Shown piece by piece: positions 37,438-48,668 of a DNA stretch of 64,000 bases. The DNA lies in assembly GCA_965153285.1 (NCBI GenBank), contig OZ229110.1. One strand, given 5' to 3'. The position numbers and the translations under genes are program-made. How positions within the stretch are numbered: the stretch's first letter is position 1; every line of letters begins with the position of its first letter. The notes below the pieces were generated by a model. The model was not told the origin of the DNA, ran no database searches, and saw only the letters and a list, made by a program, of their open reading frames with translations. This DNA is from Podarcis tiliguerta (taxonomy: Eukaryota).

Positions 37438-37607
37438 AAGGATGGAAGCAGACCTGAGTAATGACCAGTCCTTCCTTTTTAGAGATGAGAAAGCCTTCTA
37501 TAGTAGGTGATTAAGCTGACCTGGTATGGGAAGAGGTGATGGGGGCATAGCTGAGGAAGAAAGGGTTAACTCTTCCCTCTCCAGGTGTGATTTTCAAAAT
37601 TGCCCCT

Positions 37608-39023
37608 TGATATAAGCAAAAAAACCTGCTCCTTTTCCCTTATGGGGTACCCAAGAACCCATATAGAGTCCTTTTGTTGGTTCTCTATTGGTAGGAGAAA
37701 ATAACAGAGACCAGAGAATATTGAGAAGTAAAGCAGCTAGTAAGCCTGATCTTTATTAACTGTTGTAACAGGGTGCTCCCCAGCACGCAGGAGAGAGAAG
37801 GAACCCAAGCCATGTGAGCAAGCCCTTATATAGACATTTTAAATGGCCCGCCCTGGAGTCCAGGACCAATCCCAGAAACATCATGCATACATCACAGAAG
37901 GGGTGTAGCCCAAGACCACCCCCCAGGTACATCATATCTACATCACAGAAAAGGCGGTCTACAACAGAAATCTGAGTGTGTTGTTTATCTCCTGTCTGGC
38001 AAGTTACCTGATTGCATTATCTGGGTTTTGTGTTTTTTTATAATATTTTTTATTAAGGTTTTTACATAAAAGGAAAAAAACAAAAGAAAAATACAAAATA
38101 CAAAACAAAAAAAAATCAATACAGAAAAAACAAATAAAAACAATTCCATTTTCATAATATTCCTTGCGTTTACTTATTTCCCAGACTTCCCCACACCTCC
38201 CCTCACTGTATTCTAGTCCAAATATTTAATCAGCAAATCCCTTCCCTCTATCTTAACTTAATCTTTATCTTAGTATCTTAATATATCTTAATCTTATCTT
38301 AATATCTTAATATGTTAAACCTTTTAATTTTACCCCTTTTAACCTTAAAATTTTCCATACTCCTTCACCACTTCGTTGCTAATAACCTTTTAACCTCCAT
38401 CCGATGTCATTCTAACATTCATTAATCTTATAATATTTCTGTAAATAGTCTTTAAATTTCTTCCAATCTTCTTCCACCGTCTCCTCTCCCTGGTCTCTGA
38501 TTCTGCCAGTCATTTTTGCCAATTCCATGTAGTCCATCACTTTCATCTGCCATTCTTCCAGAGTGGGTAGTTCTTGTGTCTTCCAATACTGCGCAATGCG
38601 TGTTCTTGCTGCTGTTGTGGCATACATAAAGAAAGTTCTATCCTTCCTTAACACCAATTGGCCGCCCATGCCCAGGAGAAAGGCCTGTGGTTTCTTCTGG
38701 AAGGTGTATTTAAACACCTTTTTCATTTCACTATAAATCATTTCCCAGAAGGTCTTAATCCTTGGGCACGTCCACCAAAGGTGAAAAAAAGTACCTTCAA
38801 TTTCTTTACTGCATTATCTGGGTTTTGGCCACTCTTTTGTTATTATAACTACTTAATTCCTGAATCTAGGTCACACGCTCACACCCTGTTCATATCTTGA
38901 ATGTGCCCTTAAGACAGGATTTGTGAGGACAGGATTTGTGAGGAAAGAGACAATGGGGAGGTTTCCCACTTTGACCTTGCAGAGATTTATTTTTTTATAT
39001 ATGTCCTTAAAATTCTTATAACT
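37608..39023 (-). mobile_element. Solo LTR-like element interrupted by an L1 fragment, unit 2 only
   Basis: TGATATAAG...CTTATAACT termini; 5-bp TSD CCCCT; empty site near 23607. Confidence 0.75.
38031..38809 (-). mobile_element. 5'-truncated L1 (ORF2 C-terminus, 3' UTR, polyA) nested in the LTR
   Basis: ORF2 end TTAARTRIAQYWKTQELPTLEEW; 18-bp TSD TGCATTATCTGGGTTTTG. Confidence 0.85.
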
Positions 39024-39413
39024 CCCCTCTTCTGTTACAACTAGATTTGGAAACAAAGCATACTACTGGCTCCAATGTAATTGTTGTGGGATGTTCTTCC
39101 TGGAAATTGCAGGAAGATGAAAGGTTAACTCTTCCGCTGGTGCGCTCTCCACAAAGAGCACCCCTGGTATTATGTTTTTTTAAAAAAACGGAAAATGCCT
39201 TTTTCAAGTGTAATTGCTGGTGGGACTGCGGGTGGGTAGGGTTGAGTGAGTGTGTGGCTGCAGTGCAAATGTGAGCAGTTGTCAATGACATTTTATAAGG
39301 TTTGCAAATATGCCCATGGTCCCAAAAAAGATTGGCCACCATTGCCAACCTGTGACTTTTGGGAGAACTCAAAAACATGCGCAATATATTGTGATATTTT
39401 GGTTGGCCTAATG

Positions 39414-40371
39414 CAGGCATAGCCAAAGTCTGCTTCAGGGTCTAATCCGGCCCACCCCTGTGGCAGTTTATTTCCTGGGGTAAAATCCTCAAAAAAGCTC
39501 AGCAACTTCCGCCCTTAAAAAAGCTCAGCAACCTCAATCCTAAAAAAAAGGTCAACAACTTTGCATATCTTTTTTTTTTATTGTCTTAAGAAAATTATAC
39601 AGACAGCAAAACGAAGAAGCCTAAATTAACATTGCCTCCTACCAATAAGAAATAATAATAACTATTACAATAATAAAAATACTAAAAATTAATTTACTTC
39701 CCCTTTTAAATTTCTATTCTGGTTACCATATATTACTATTCTATAAGAATCTATTATATCCTTTGCTGTCCCATATATTATTTTACTTCCTGAATTCAAT
39801 CTAACCCTCCCCTCCTCCCCTCTTCTTCCTGTCATAAGATTTCCTCCCCCCCCCCCAGTTGCTTTAATAAGATAGAATAACATGAAAACTGTAAAATTAT
39901 AATTACTTCTTTTGTCCTTACACGCTTAACAATTGCCTATTAAGAGTTCTGCTTTAACACCATAATTCTTCATGTATTCCCCTATGCATTCCCATTCTGT
40001 ATAACGTTTTTGTTTGGAGCAGCCCCTGAGTGATGCAGTCATTTTTGCCATCTCTGCAAACTCACAAATCTTAATTTGCCATTCTGTCAGTTGTGGTACT
40101 TTTTCTGTTTTCCTATATTTTGCCGTAAGTATTCTTGCGGCTGCAGTTATATAAAAAAATTTGTTCCTTTTGTCCTTGGGGATGTTGTTTGTTAATAGAC
40201 TCAATAAGTATGACTGCTTTTTTTGAAACAGAGCTCCTGAGGATCTCTTCATTTATCTCATTCCAAAATTGTCTTACCACCTTGCATCCCCACCATCAAC
40301 AACTTTGGTTGGCCCTTATGGCTCTTCACTTAATCAAATCTGGCCCTCTTTGAAAATTTTGGACACCGCTG
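39414..40371. mobile_element. hAT-type MITE interrupted by an L1 fragment, unit 2 only
   Basis: CAG...CTG termini; 8-bp TSD GCCTAATG; empty site near 23986. Confidence 0.8.
39564..40295 (-). mobile_element. 5'-truncated L1 of a different subfamily nested in the hAT MITE
   Basis: ITAAARILTAKY...VPQLTEWQIK; polyA at the left end; TSD TCAACAACTTTG. Confidence 0.85.
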
Positions 40372-40784
40372 GCCTAATGGTATTTATTTATGTATTATTT
40401 ATTAAATTTGTATACCCCACCCTTCATCCATAGATCTCAGGGCGGCTCACAACATAAAAATACAACATAAAAACACAAAATACATAATAAAAGCAAGAAC
40501 AAACAAAACACAAACACACAAACCAACCAACACCCCCCCCCAAAAAAAGTATTGGAAATACTAATATTTCACCATTATATCATTAGACCATTGCTTGGCT
40601 GGTTGCCCATTCTTGATATATGGCTTAAGGTACCTTATGTGAAATATTTTTTAAAATCAATATGTATAAGAGAGGGACAGCAAACTCCAGGATTGGTGTA
40701 GTGATGGGTTTGTTTCTCTTTCATTCAGAGAGCTACTGAAGTCAAAGAGAGGAGATACTTTGGGACTCTCTCCTCCTCCCTTTA

Positions 40785-43700
40785 CTAAACTGAAGAATGT
40801 ATGCAGAGATGACACAATTCAGATAATCTTTGGAAGCCCATATATTCCAGCAAATTCTGCATTTGGACATTATTCAAGGCAGCATGGCCATATACAGGGC
40901 ACCCTGCCACATGGCTTTTCATGGACAGTGCCCTCAACACTATAGCTAAGTAGCCCCTTCGGCGGTGGGATGGAAGGGTGTAGCCATGTATTTGTGCACC
41001 AAGAGGATCTGTGATGCCCCAGCTGATAGGATGGCCATTGCTGTCCAGGATGCAGATATTGGGGAAGCATTTCACTATGTTGTCCAGGTACCGTCGGCTT
41101 TGTTCGTTGCCTCCATGGTGCCATGTTTCATTTAGGATGTCAACATGGGAGCTTTTCAAGGTGGAAATTGTGAAGCTGGGATCTAGCCTGGAAGAAAAGA
41201 CAGACAAGAACAATATAGACAGAGATGTTGGAAGAGCCCAGGAACCACCTTTTTGGCTCAGATCATCTAGTCCAACACATGTTAACACTGGCCAGCAACC
41301 TGAGTAAGTCGCAAGCAGGAAACCATTTTGCTTTTGCACACATGGGCTGCTTTATGGTGTCAACATAGCCATTAATAGACAAAACATCTTTAGGAAACTT
41401 GTAGTGCCACCTTTGGTGCTTTGCTGTGCCAGCCAGGAGAAGGCAGACTTTGAAAGAGTGAATGCAAGGTTTGACCATTTTCTCCAAATGGAAGCACCAC
41501 AGGTTAAGCAGTGCCTCAAGCAGAAAGGAAGCAAGGGGGGAGCAAGGTGGACACTTACTGGCGCTGGGGCATTTTGTCTGGGTTAGGGTTCAGGTAGGTG
41601 AAGTGGGGAGTCGCAGTCAGATGAATTTTCTTGGTGGCAGCAGCATCTTTAGAGACATCATAGATCCCATTCTGGTACCCTGTAAAATAGTAAAATATTC
41701 AACAACAAAGAGAAGGATATATGTGTATGTTTTTTGAGGATAGGGCAAGAAGTTGTTCAGTGCATCAGGACCACAGTAGGAGGCAAAATGTTAAAGCCCA
41801 TCTTCCAATTTGACACCTGATATCGACATTTTAAAAGCATTCATATTATTATTATTACTATTATTATTGGGGCAAGCGAGGGTACCACCTTCGGGCATCC
41901 ATTGCCTCACTCCGCCTGATGGCTGTGATGGTCCTGCAATTTATATTCAGTGGAGGCTGGTCTTTCAGGGTGAATGGGGCCTGCTTCTTCAAGCGCTATC
42001 TGCCCACAGCCAGCTCCTCCCACCTGCTTTTTACTTTCATCCAATCTGGGGGGGGGGGCACTTCTATCAGCTTCCTCCTCCTCAGTCTCAGTTTTGCCTC
42101 TTGTAGAAGGCAAATGCAGCCTATTATGGGTTCTGGATCCACCTATGTTGGTCTCCCTGCCTTCTGCCCTACCAGTTCCAATGAGAACCAGCCACCACAG
42201 TTTGCATTAATGACAGTAATGTCATTTTAAAAGGGGGGGGGGACTCTCTCATCTCATAACTTTTCCCTTAGAAAGAATGTCTTCTACCAAAGAGACGAAA
42301 GGTTTGCTTCCAGTTGACAGCATCTGTGTCCAGCAACAGTCTCCGGTACACATCAAGATCCCAGTAAAAGGCTGCATATATGTTTTTATATAAATCAGTA
42401 TTGTCTGTATCGGCCTAAAAGAGAGCGAGATGGAACTCATTAGGTTAGCCTCCCTGCCATCTCCTTCTATAACCAGTTCTTCTCAGGTTGCCAACTTTAT
42501 TCTGGTAAAATTCCTGTGCTTTTAACTGCCTCCTGACACTTTAACAGATAAAACTTTCCCTGATGTTGAGATGAAATGATGGGTGAAGTTTGACCTGCTC
42601 TAATGCCAAAGGTGCCCTCCTAACAGGGTTGTCTTTAGCAGATGCAGCGCCAGGGTGCAAATATCCTCCCAGTGCCCCCAAATTACCACGGATGGTGGGG
42701 GCGGGGGAAGTGCGCACTGCCAGCCTTGGGGGGGGGGGCTAACTCTCCCACACGCTACTGCGGGAGAGCAATCCCCACAGAGGCTGTGTACCCGCCAGCC
42801 ATATTGATGGCGGGGCACAGCTTCCATCCCAAGCCTCTGCGGGCACAGGTGGCAGGTGTGCAGGGAAAGGGGAGGCCGCCGGCTAAACCACACAGCTCCC
42901 CCACTTGCTGGGGCGGCCCTGAGAGGCCGGTGCCCTGGTGCAATGCACCACTAAGGTGAAAGGTGGCTCTGCTTCCTAAACAAAAGCCAACATCCCCTTT
43001 CAGTTTGAGCCTGGCTTAGAGGAAGTCCGAGCACAGAACACGCAGCATTTCCTGCTGACATCCCATAAAGCACCTCCCACAAAATCCCCAAAGACTACTA
43101 CCTCTGTCCGTGGACGCGTCAGGACCACTTTGCAATCTGGCCAAGAATCCACAATCACCTCATGGCCCACTGTGTTTCCATGGTTTATGTTCATGACTGC
43201 ACCATAGACCTGTCAAAAGTCATAGGATGTCAGAATTGCTGCAGTTGAAGGAGGCAGCCTGGGAGAAATGGGTGGGGTCTGGTCAGAGAAAAAGTGGTGT
43301 GGTGTGTCAGGCTTGTATCTGCTGCATGCCTTGAGTGGGGTGTCCTGATCTGAGTGAGCACAAGGGACAGGAGAATCTGTCAATTTCCCTTGATGTTACA
43401 GCTGAACGAGGCAGCCTAAGAAAAACGTTTGAGGAGAGAATCGGTGGTGTGGCCCCAAATTCAGATGTTGATCTGCTGCATGAATCCCCACTGTTAGTGA
43501 CTAGCCCTTGAATGGTATTACCTTGACTGAGGACTTCCTGTTTACCAGCTGATTAACAAAATCTCGGAGCCCACAAGGCCATGTCACATATTACACGTAT
43601 TTCTCACGAATCCTACCTCTCTGCTGAGCATATCAACATGATACATACATTTTCAAGCACCTGCTTGTTGAACGTAAAAACTTAAGGCATGCACCTAAAA

Positions 43701-43898
43701 ATGAAACATATAATGATGTTCTTAGATTCAAAATGTGGAGTTTTGGAAAGATCAAGAGATGTTGACAGGAACCTGCCCCCATTCCTAGCTCTTAAACCAG
43801 ATTACAAAGCTCAAGATTACCGCAACTGTCTGAGGGAGGTTTCTCTTCAGCAGCTTCTCCAGCAACTGCAACTTGGATGCACAGGATAGGATCAACAT
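40785..43898 (-). CDS. GLYATL3-like N-acyltransferase, copy C' (278 aa); exons 43898-43821, 43209-43102, 42414-42288, 41679-41559, 41187-40785
   Basis: Exons of 78/108/127/121/403 nt in frame; paralog of copy C. Confidence 0.9.
42624..42971. mobile_element. hAT-type MITE in intron 2 of copy C'
   Basis: CAGGG...CTCTG termini; 8-bp TSD C(C/T)TCCTAA; empty in copy A near 11036. Confidence 0.7.
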
Positions 43899-44540
43899 AG
43901 CTTGGGAGGTGAAAGCTGATGGGCTGGTACCAGCAGAAACAAGGCCTGTGATGAGCACCTGGGAGAGAGATCAGTTCTTTGCTGCTCACCAGAATCCCCA
44001 AACTGAGAAGTCTTTTGTCATTGAAGTGGCTGGGGCAACCCAGTCAGATGGGCAGGGTACAAATAATAAAATTATTTTTATTATTACTTATTTAACCCCT
44101 ATGTCTACACCCCAGTGTCAGATGGCACAGCTCCCCCTGGGCTTCTAACTGTAACAGGAAAGCCCTCCTCTTCCTTCTAGCTCAATTCTGATGAACAAAA
44201 ACCTTCTCTTGTGAACTACAGGCAAGAAGCTCTCTTATACTGCTCACCTGCTGTCCAAAACAGCAACACAGACCTTCGCAGTTGGAATCCTCTTTCCAGC
44301 TTGGTAACTTTAGGGATTCCTTTGATTAGGAGGGGGAATTTATACTAGAGTGAGTGAACCATTAACATAACCGTCCCTTGAGATTGTAGCCACAGGCCTT
44401 GTGGAATTGGATCCCACGGATGCAGAAGAATTGTCTGTGTTCCTGAATAAAAATGAGGTGGGTTTGCTTCAAAAGATTGGGAGAGAAGTGCTAGCTGCAG
44501 CTTCTTTCACCAGGATGAGTTGAAGGAAATAATGGAGGAT

Positions 44541-44942
44541 TTGGAAAGCAGGCAAAGTCCCAGCTGAAGAAAAATGGCAACTTAAACTGATTGAATATGC
44601 GCAGCTTGCGGACCTACCATATAGAATAAGAGAACAAAAAGAACATACATTTAAAGATGATTGGAAAATGTTTATTGAATATATGGGGGAAATTATGTAC
44701 ATTTGAAAACGTGGGCAGCATTAAGATAAATCCAACAGTGCAAATAAGGTTTGATGGAAGTAATAATGGCAAACTGAATGGTTTAGTTTATATAAAATAT
44801 GCAGGGATTTATGTTATGCAAAGTAAACCATGGAAAGACAAGAAGGGTAGTCACTGATATTTTAAGGTTGTTTAAATGAATATTCTAAAATGTAAAACAG
44901 AAAATTTAATAAAACTTATACAAAAAGAAAGAAAGAAAAGAA
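44541..44942 (+). mobile_element. L1 3' fragment (partly deleted in unit 1 near 30067-30113)
   Basis: WKAGKVPAEEKWQLKLIEYAQLA...DDWKMFIEYM, followed by AATAAA and an A-rich tail. Confidence 0.75.
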
Positions 44943-46101
44943 TTGAGGAGCCATGACTCTAGTGCAGCATTGGGGAAACTCAGGCTCACAATAGTTAATG
45001 ATCTCCTTATCAGTATATGATTTACTGACAGTCCCTGTCATGCTGTTCAAATGATCTGTAAAACGGATCTTGACTATTAGCATGCTTGTGCGTTGGCATG
45101 AAGGTTGGACTCAGAAGAGGGTTCAGTCATTGGTTTAATCATTCTGTAACAAGCCCAAACGACAGGGCTTTTTAAAATAAGTCTGTTGTCAATTACATTT
45201 AGTGACCCTTTGGGGAGGGTATTGGTAGGGACTGGGATTGAAGTAAGCTGGTTTTCCCTCCGTGGCTGCAAAACTTCCAACAACTTGCATCTCTGATAGA
45301 GATACAGCTAGAATTGGCAGCTAGAATTGTTTCCATAAAGTATTGGAAAGCAAATCTGATACTGACACTCTAAGAATACGTCAAATTTTAAACAAATCAA
45401 CTTTGAGCTAGCCAGAAAAAAACTGTACTTGTACCAGGTTTGAAGAATACTGGGGCTACACCCAACAATTGCGAAATGACCAGCAAATTGCAATGTTGGG
45501 CTGCCTTTTGGTCTTCGATCGTAACAGACATCAAATGAATTGTTTCTCTATCTTAGATATTTTGTGAGGAAATATATTTGGATAAATTGGATGGACTTGT
45601 ACTTACATATTGACATAGAATGAATTATCTTAGATATTTTGTTTGGTAAATGTATATAAATAATCTGGTTGCCATGATGAGAACAGGATGCTGGACTTGA
45701 TTGACCCGATCCAGCAGGCTCTTATGTTCTAGTTTCTATGTGAAGCATAATTAAACTAGATATCTTTATTGATCTTCCAATTTCTGGAGGGATAAATTTT
45801 AAAATGTAGTAAAGGTGAATAATGAGAGAATTCTTATATTTATTAGGAAAGGTCTACAGAGAGTAAACTAAATGGAAAAAACAATTGGAGAGAAAAACAA
45901 TGCATCCAACTGATGAGGATTTCACTGATTTTTCTCTCTTTTTTTGCGATTTTTGAATGCAATTTCTTTTATCATTAATGGAGAATGGTAAAAAAAATGC
46001 AGTATAATTTTTCATTAAAGCACTAGTTCTCACTCTTGTTTTTTTCTTTGTAAGTTGCTTTGGGTTGCCCTGTGTAAGATAAAGTGACTAAGAAATTCAG
46101 A

Positions 46102-46149
<48 letters not shown>
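46102..46149. repeat. (AAT)n microsatellite
   Basis: About 16 perfect units versus about 5 in unit 1 (near 31493). Confidence 0.9.
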
Positions 46150-47299
46150 TATTTAAGGAAACATAAAAATAATAAAAGACACCTGTATGCTGTTTGTAAT
46201 TGTTGTTCTGTGAAACAGTCACTATATTTTTCTGTAGAAATGAACTCCTGCTCCAGGCTGTACCCCTAAGTCCAAGATTTTTAAATGAACCAGAATTTGA
46301 CCCACAACCCGCACTCACGTTTGAAACACAAATTCCAAACCCTGGCACAGGATCTTAAAATCCTCACACCTTCCACTGCAACCAATAGACACTTTTTTGA
46401 AGCCTAGCAGCATGGAGGAAATTTTCAATAGGTTGCAGCTAAGGTGTGTGTGGGGGGGGGGGGGTAACACTTCCCAGTTGTGACTCCTGAACTCATCCTT
46501 CTCTTAATGCAATTGATTTTGAAAGAAGCCAATAGAAGCTTCCTTATCTCTGAAAGCTGTTACTCAGGTCTGCTTCCACTCTTAGGAACCATAACTGTGG
46601 TTTAAAGTTATGTGTGAACCAGTTCACTGTGTATTCTGCATTAATTTATCAGTATTTGCAACTGTTGAAGAACCGGACAAAACATATTTGGCAATTTAAA
46701 CTGTTGTTTATGCACAGTAGTTTGCAAAGCTATGCATTCTTCTGTCTTCCAATCAACTTTGTATTTTATTATTCTGCTCAAAAGTTATATGCTATGCACA
46801 ACAATATATTGAGCAAAATTTGCAATGGGTGAACTAAACTTCCCAGGATTCTTGGTATGTGTGAATATACTTTAAATGTTGGTGTGTGTACACAGCCTGA
46901 AATTAGTGATTTATTTTCAACACAGGTGCAAGAAGGCACAGCTCCTGAGCTTATAGGAGTGCTCAGTGCTCAAGATAGACAAGAAAAACATGGACTTATA
47001 TGAGCTACTGATGCTCCACCATGCTTTCAGCTACTCAATTGTGTCTTCCTGTTGATAAAAGCAGATTAGGAATGAGAAACCGAAGCTGAACACCCACCCA
47101 CTGTTTGTGTCTTTTCCAGCTTGTTGTGTCTAAGGGGTGCTTTGCTTCGGGGAGTGAGAGATGGTAGTGTTATGTATATGTTATACTAAATGGTTCATTC
47201 ACTCCACAAAATTGTTTCTTGGGTTGCAGCCGCGGGCCCAGTGGGATGTGATCCGGATGATCCAGAGTAATTGGCCGATTCTCCGAATGAAAAAGAGGC

Positions 47300-48020
47300 G
47301 AGTCTGCTTCCATAGAACGGGAGATGAGTGCTTGCTTCAGGGGAAGCTTCTGCCGGCTGCAAGCGTCTCCCATCAGGTGGTGCTGAAGGAGATCGCGGAG
47401 GAGCAGGGATCGAGGGAGAGGACCACCGCCGCTGGAGAAGAGGAAACTGCTCTCTAGTTCGGTGATTTTGGGAAAAACTGTCTCCAGGTAAAGCATTTAT
47501 TTTCTGCTCAGGTTCCCCACTCCTTGCCTAGCGCAGCAGGCAAGTTGCTATGGCGGCGTTTCCACGTTTGGACGCCCAGCTCCTTTCTTGGTCCGTCTCC
47601 AGATCAGCGTTTTGGCCCGGACATGCCCGGCTTCCTCCGCTGTCGCCGCCTTGAACGCAAAGCGAAAGCAGCGCTGCCATTGGTCGATCCGTGCGAAAAC
47701 AACAAGCGGCTGCTCCGGGGAGACCCAGAGCGGCTCCGAGGGAGAGGGGGAATCGGGAGCGGTTAGTGCCCGCAGTCCTCGCATCGCCCCCAAGAGACAT
47801 TGCGGGGGAGCACCGACAGCCCCCGGCGCAGCTCCTGGTAAGGACGCAGCTGCTTCTAGAGATCTCGCGGAGCCGTTTTTCCGGGGTGACAGGAGGAGAG
47901 AGACCCTCCCTGCCCTTCCGCGTTTGGGCATTAGGGGAGGGAACTCAAGGGGGCGACTCGAAAAGGCTGCGGGGGGGGGGGCGTCTGGAAGGGAAGGGGC
48001 CAAAATCTGGAACGCGGCTG
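47300..48020 (+). promoter_or_regulatory. CpG island promoter and probable non-coding first exon of POLD4
   Basis: Dense CpG; inverted CCAAT (ATTGG) near 47660; donor CTG|gtaagg after 47837 and matching acceptor ctcctcag before 48616. Confidence 0.7.
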
Positions 48021-48668
48021 CTATAAAAGGAACAAGAGGGATCTATCTGTTCAGGGGGGTGAGAGGGAGGGGATCATTTTGATCCCCAGGCCTCTTGGGT
48101 GTGGGGGAGAATAACCAGTGGTTACAGCAGGAACCGGGGAATCTGTTCTCGAGGTCTGGATGAGGAGAGGGCCGAGTCGTGCATTGCTTTGATGGCTTCA
48201 GGAGGAAGCAGAGTCCAGGATGGGGACCGCAAGGGATTCTGTCGCACTTCTTGACAGAGGAATAGCCTCCTGCTCAGGGAAAGCACTTTGCCCTGCCTTG
48301 GAGTCGGGCTGAGAATTTTTCAGTGTCAACACACAGTCCTGGAAAATGCAAAGGCATTTATAGTGGAGGGTCTCTGACCATGCACAGAATATACTTCCTT
48401 CTCCTTTACATAAACTTAGGCTCTTTAATGTGTTTGGAGGCAAAGAACTTCCACATGGGAGAAGGCCATCAGCTAGGAGAGTCCAGACGCCTTTTTGCAG
48501 GGTTTTTTCTCCCAGAAATAAAGTCGTTTTGACTGGTAGCTGGTATTAGGACAGCAGGTTTGGAGATTGAAGGTCCTAGTCAGCAGCTTGTCTAACAGTC
48601 TCTGCTTCTCCTCAGCTCCTTGTTTGGAGCAACCTGTTAATGCTCTGTGAGCGTTGCCACATGGAACC

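Larger units (their letters stand above)
32659..47292 (+). repeat. Tandem segmental duplication, unit 2 (contains GLYATL copies B' and C')
   Basis: Collinear with 18938-32650; junction filler GATCCGCT at 32651-32658. Confidence 0.9.

Noticed and set aside
8343-43898. Assigning GLYAT or GLYATL3 symbols to individual copies
   Set aside because: Lineage-specific expansion; one-to-one orthology cannot be determined from this window
47524-48082. Overlapping 80-164 aa ORFs on both strands
   Set aside because: Low-complexity Ala/Pro/Gly/Arg translations expected from a CpG island; no recognisable domain
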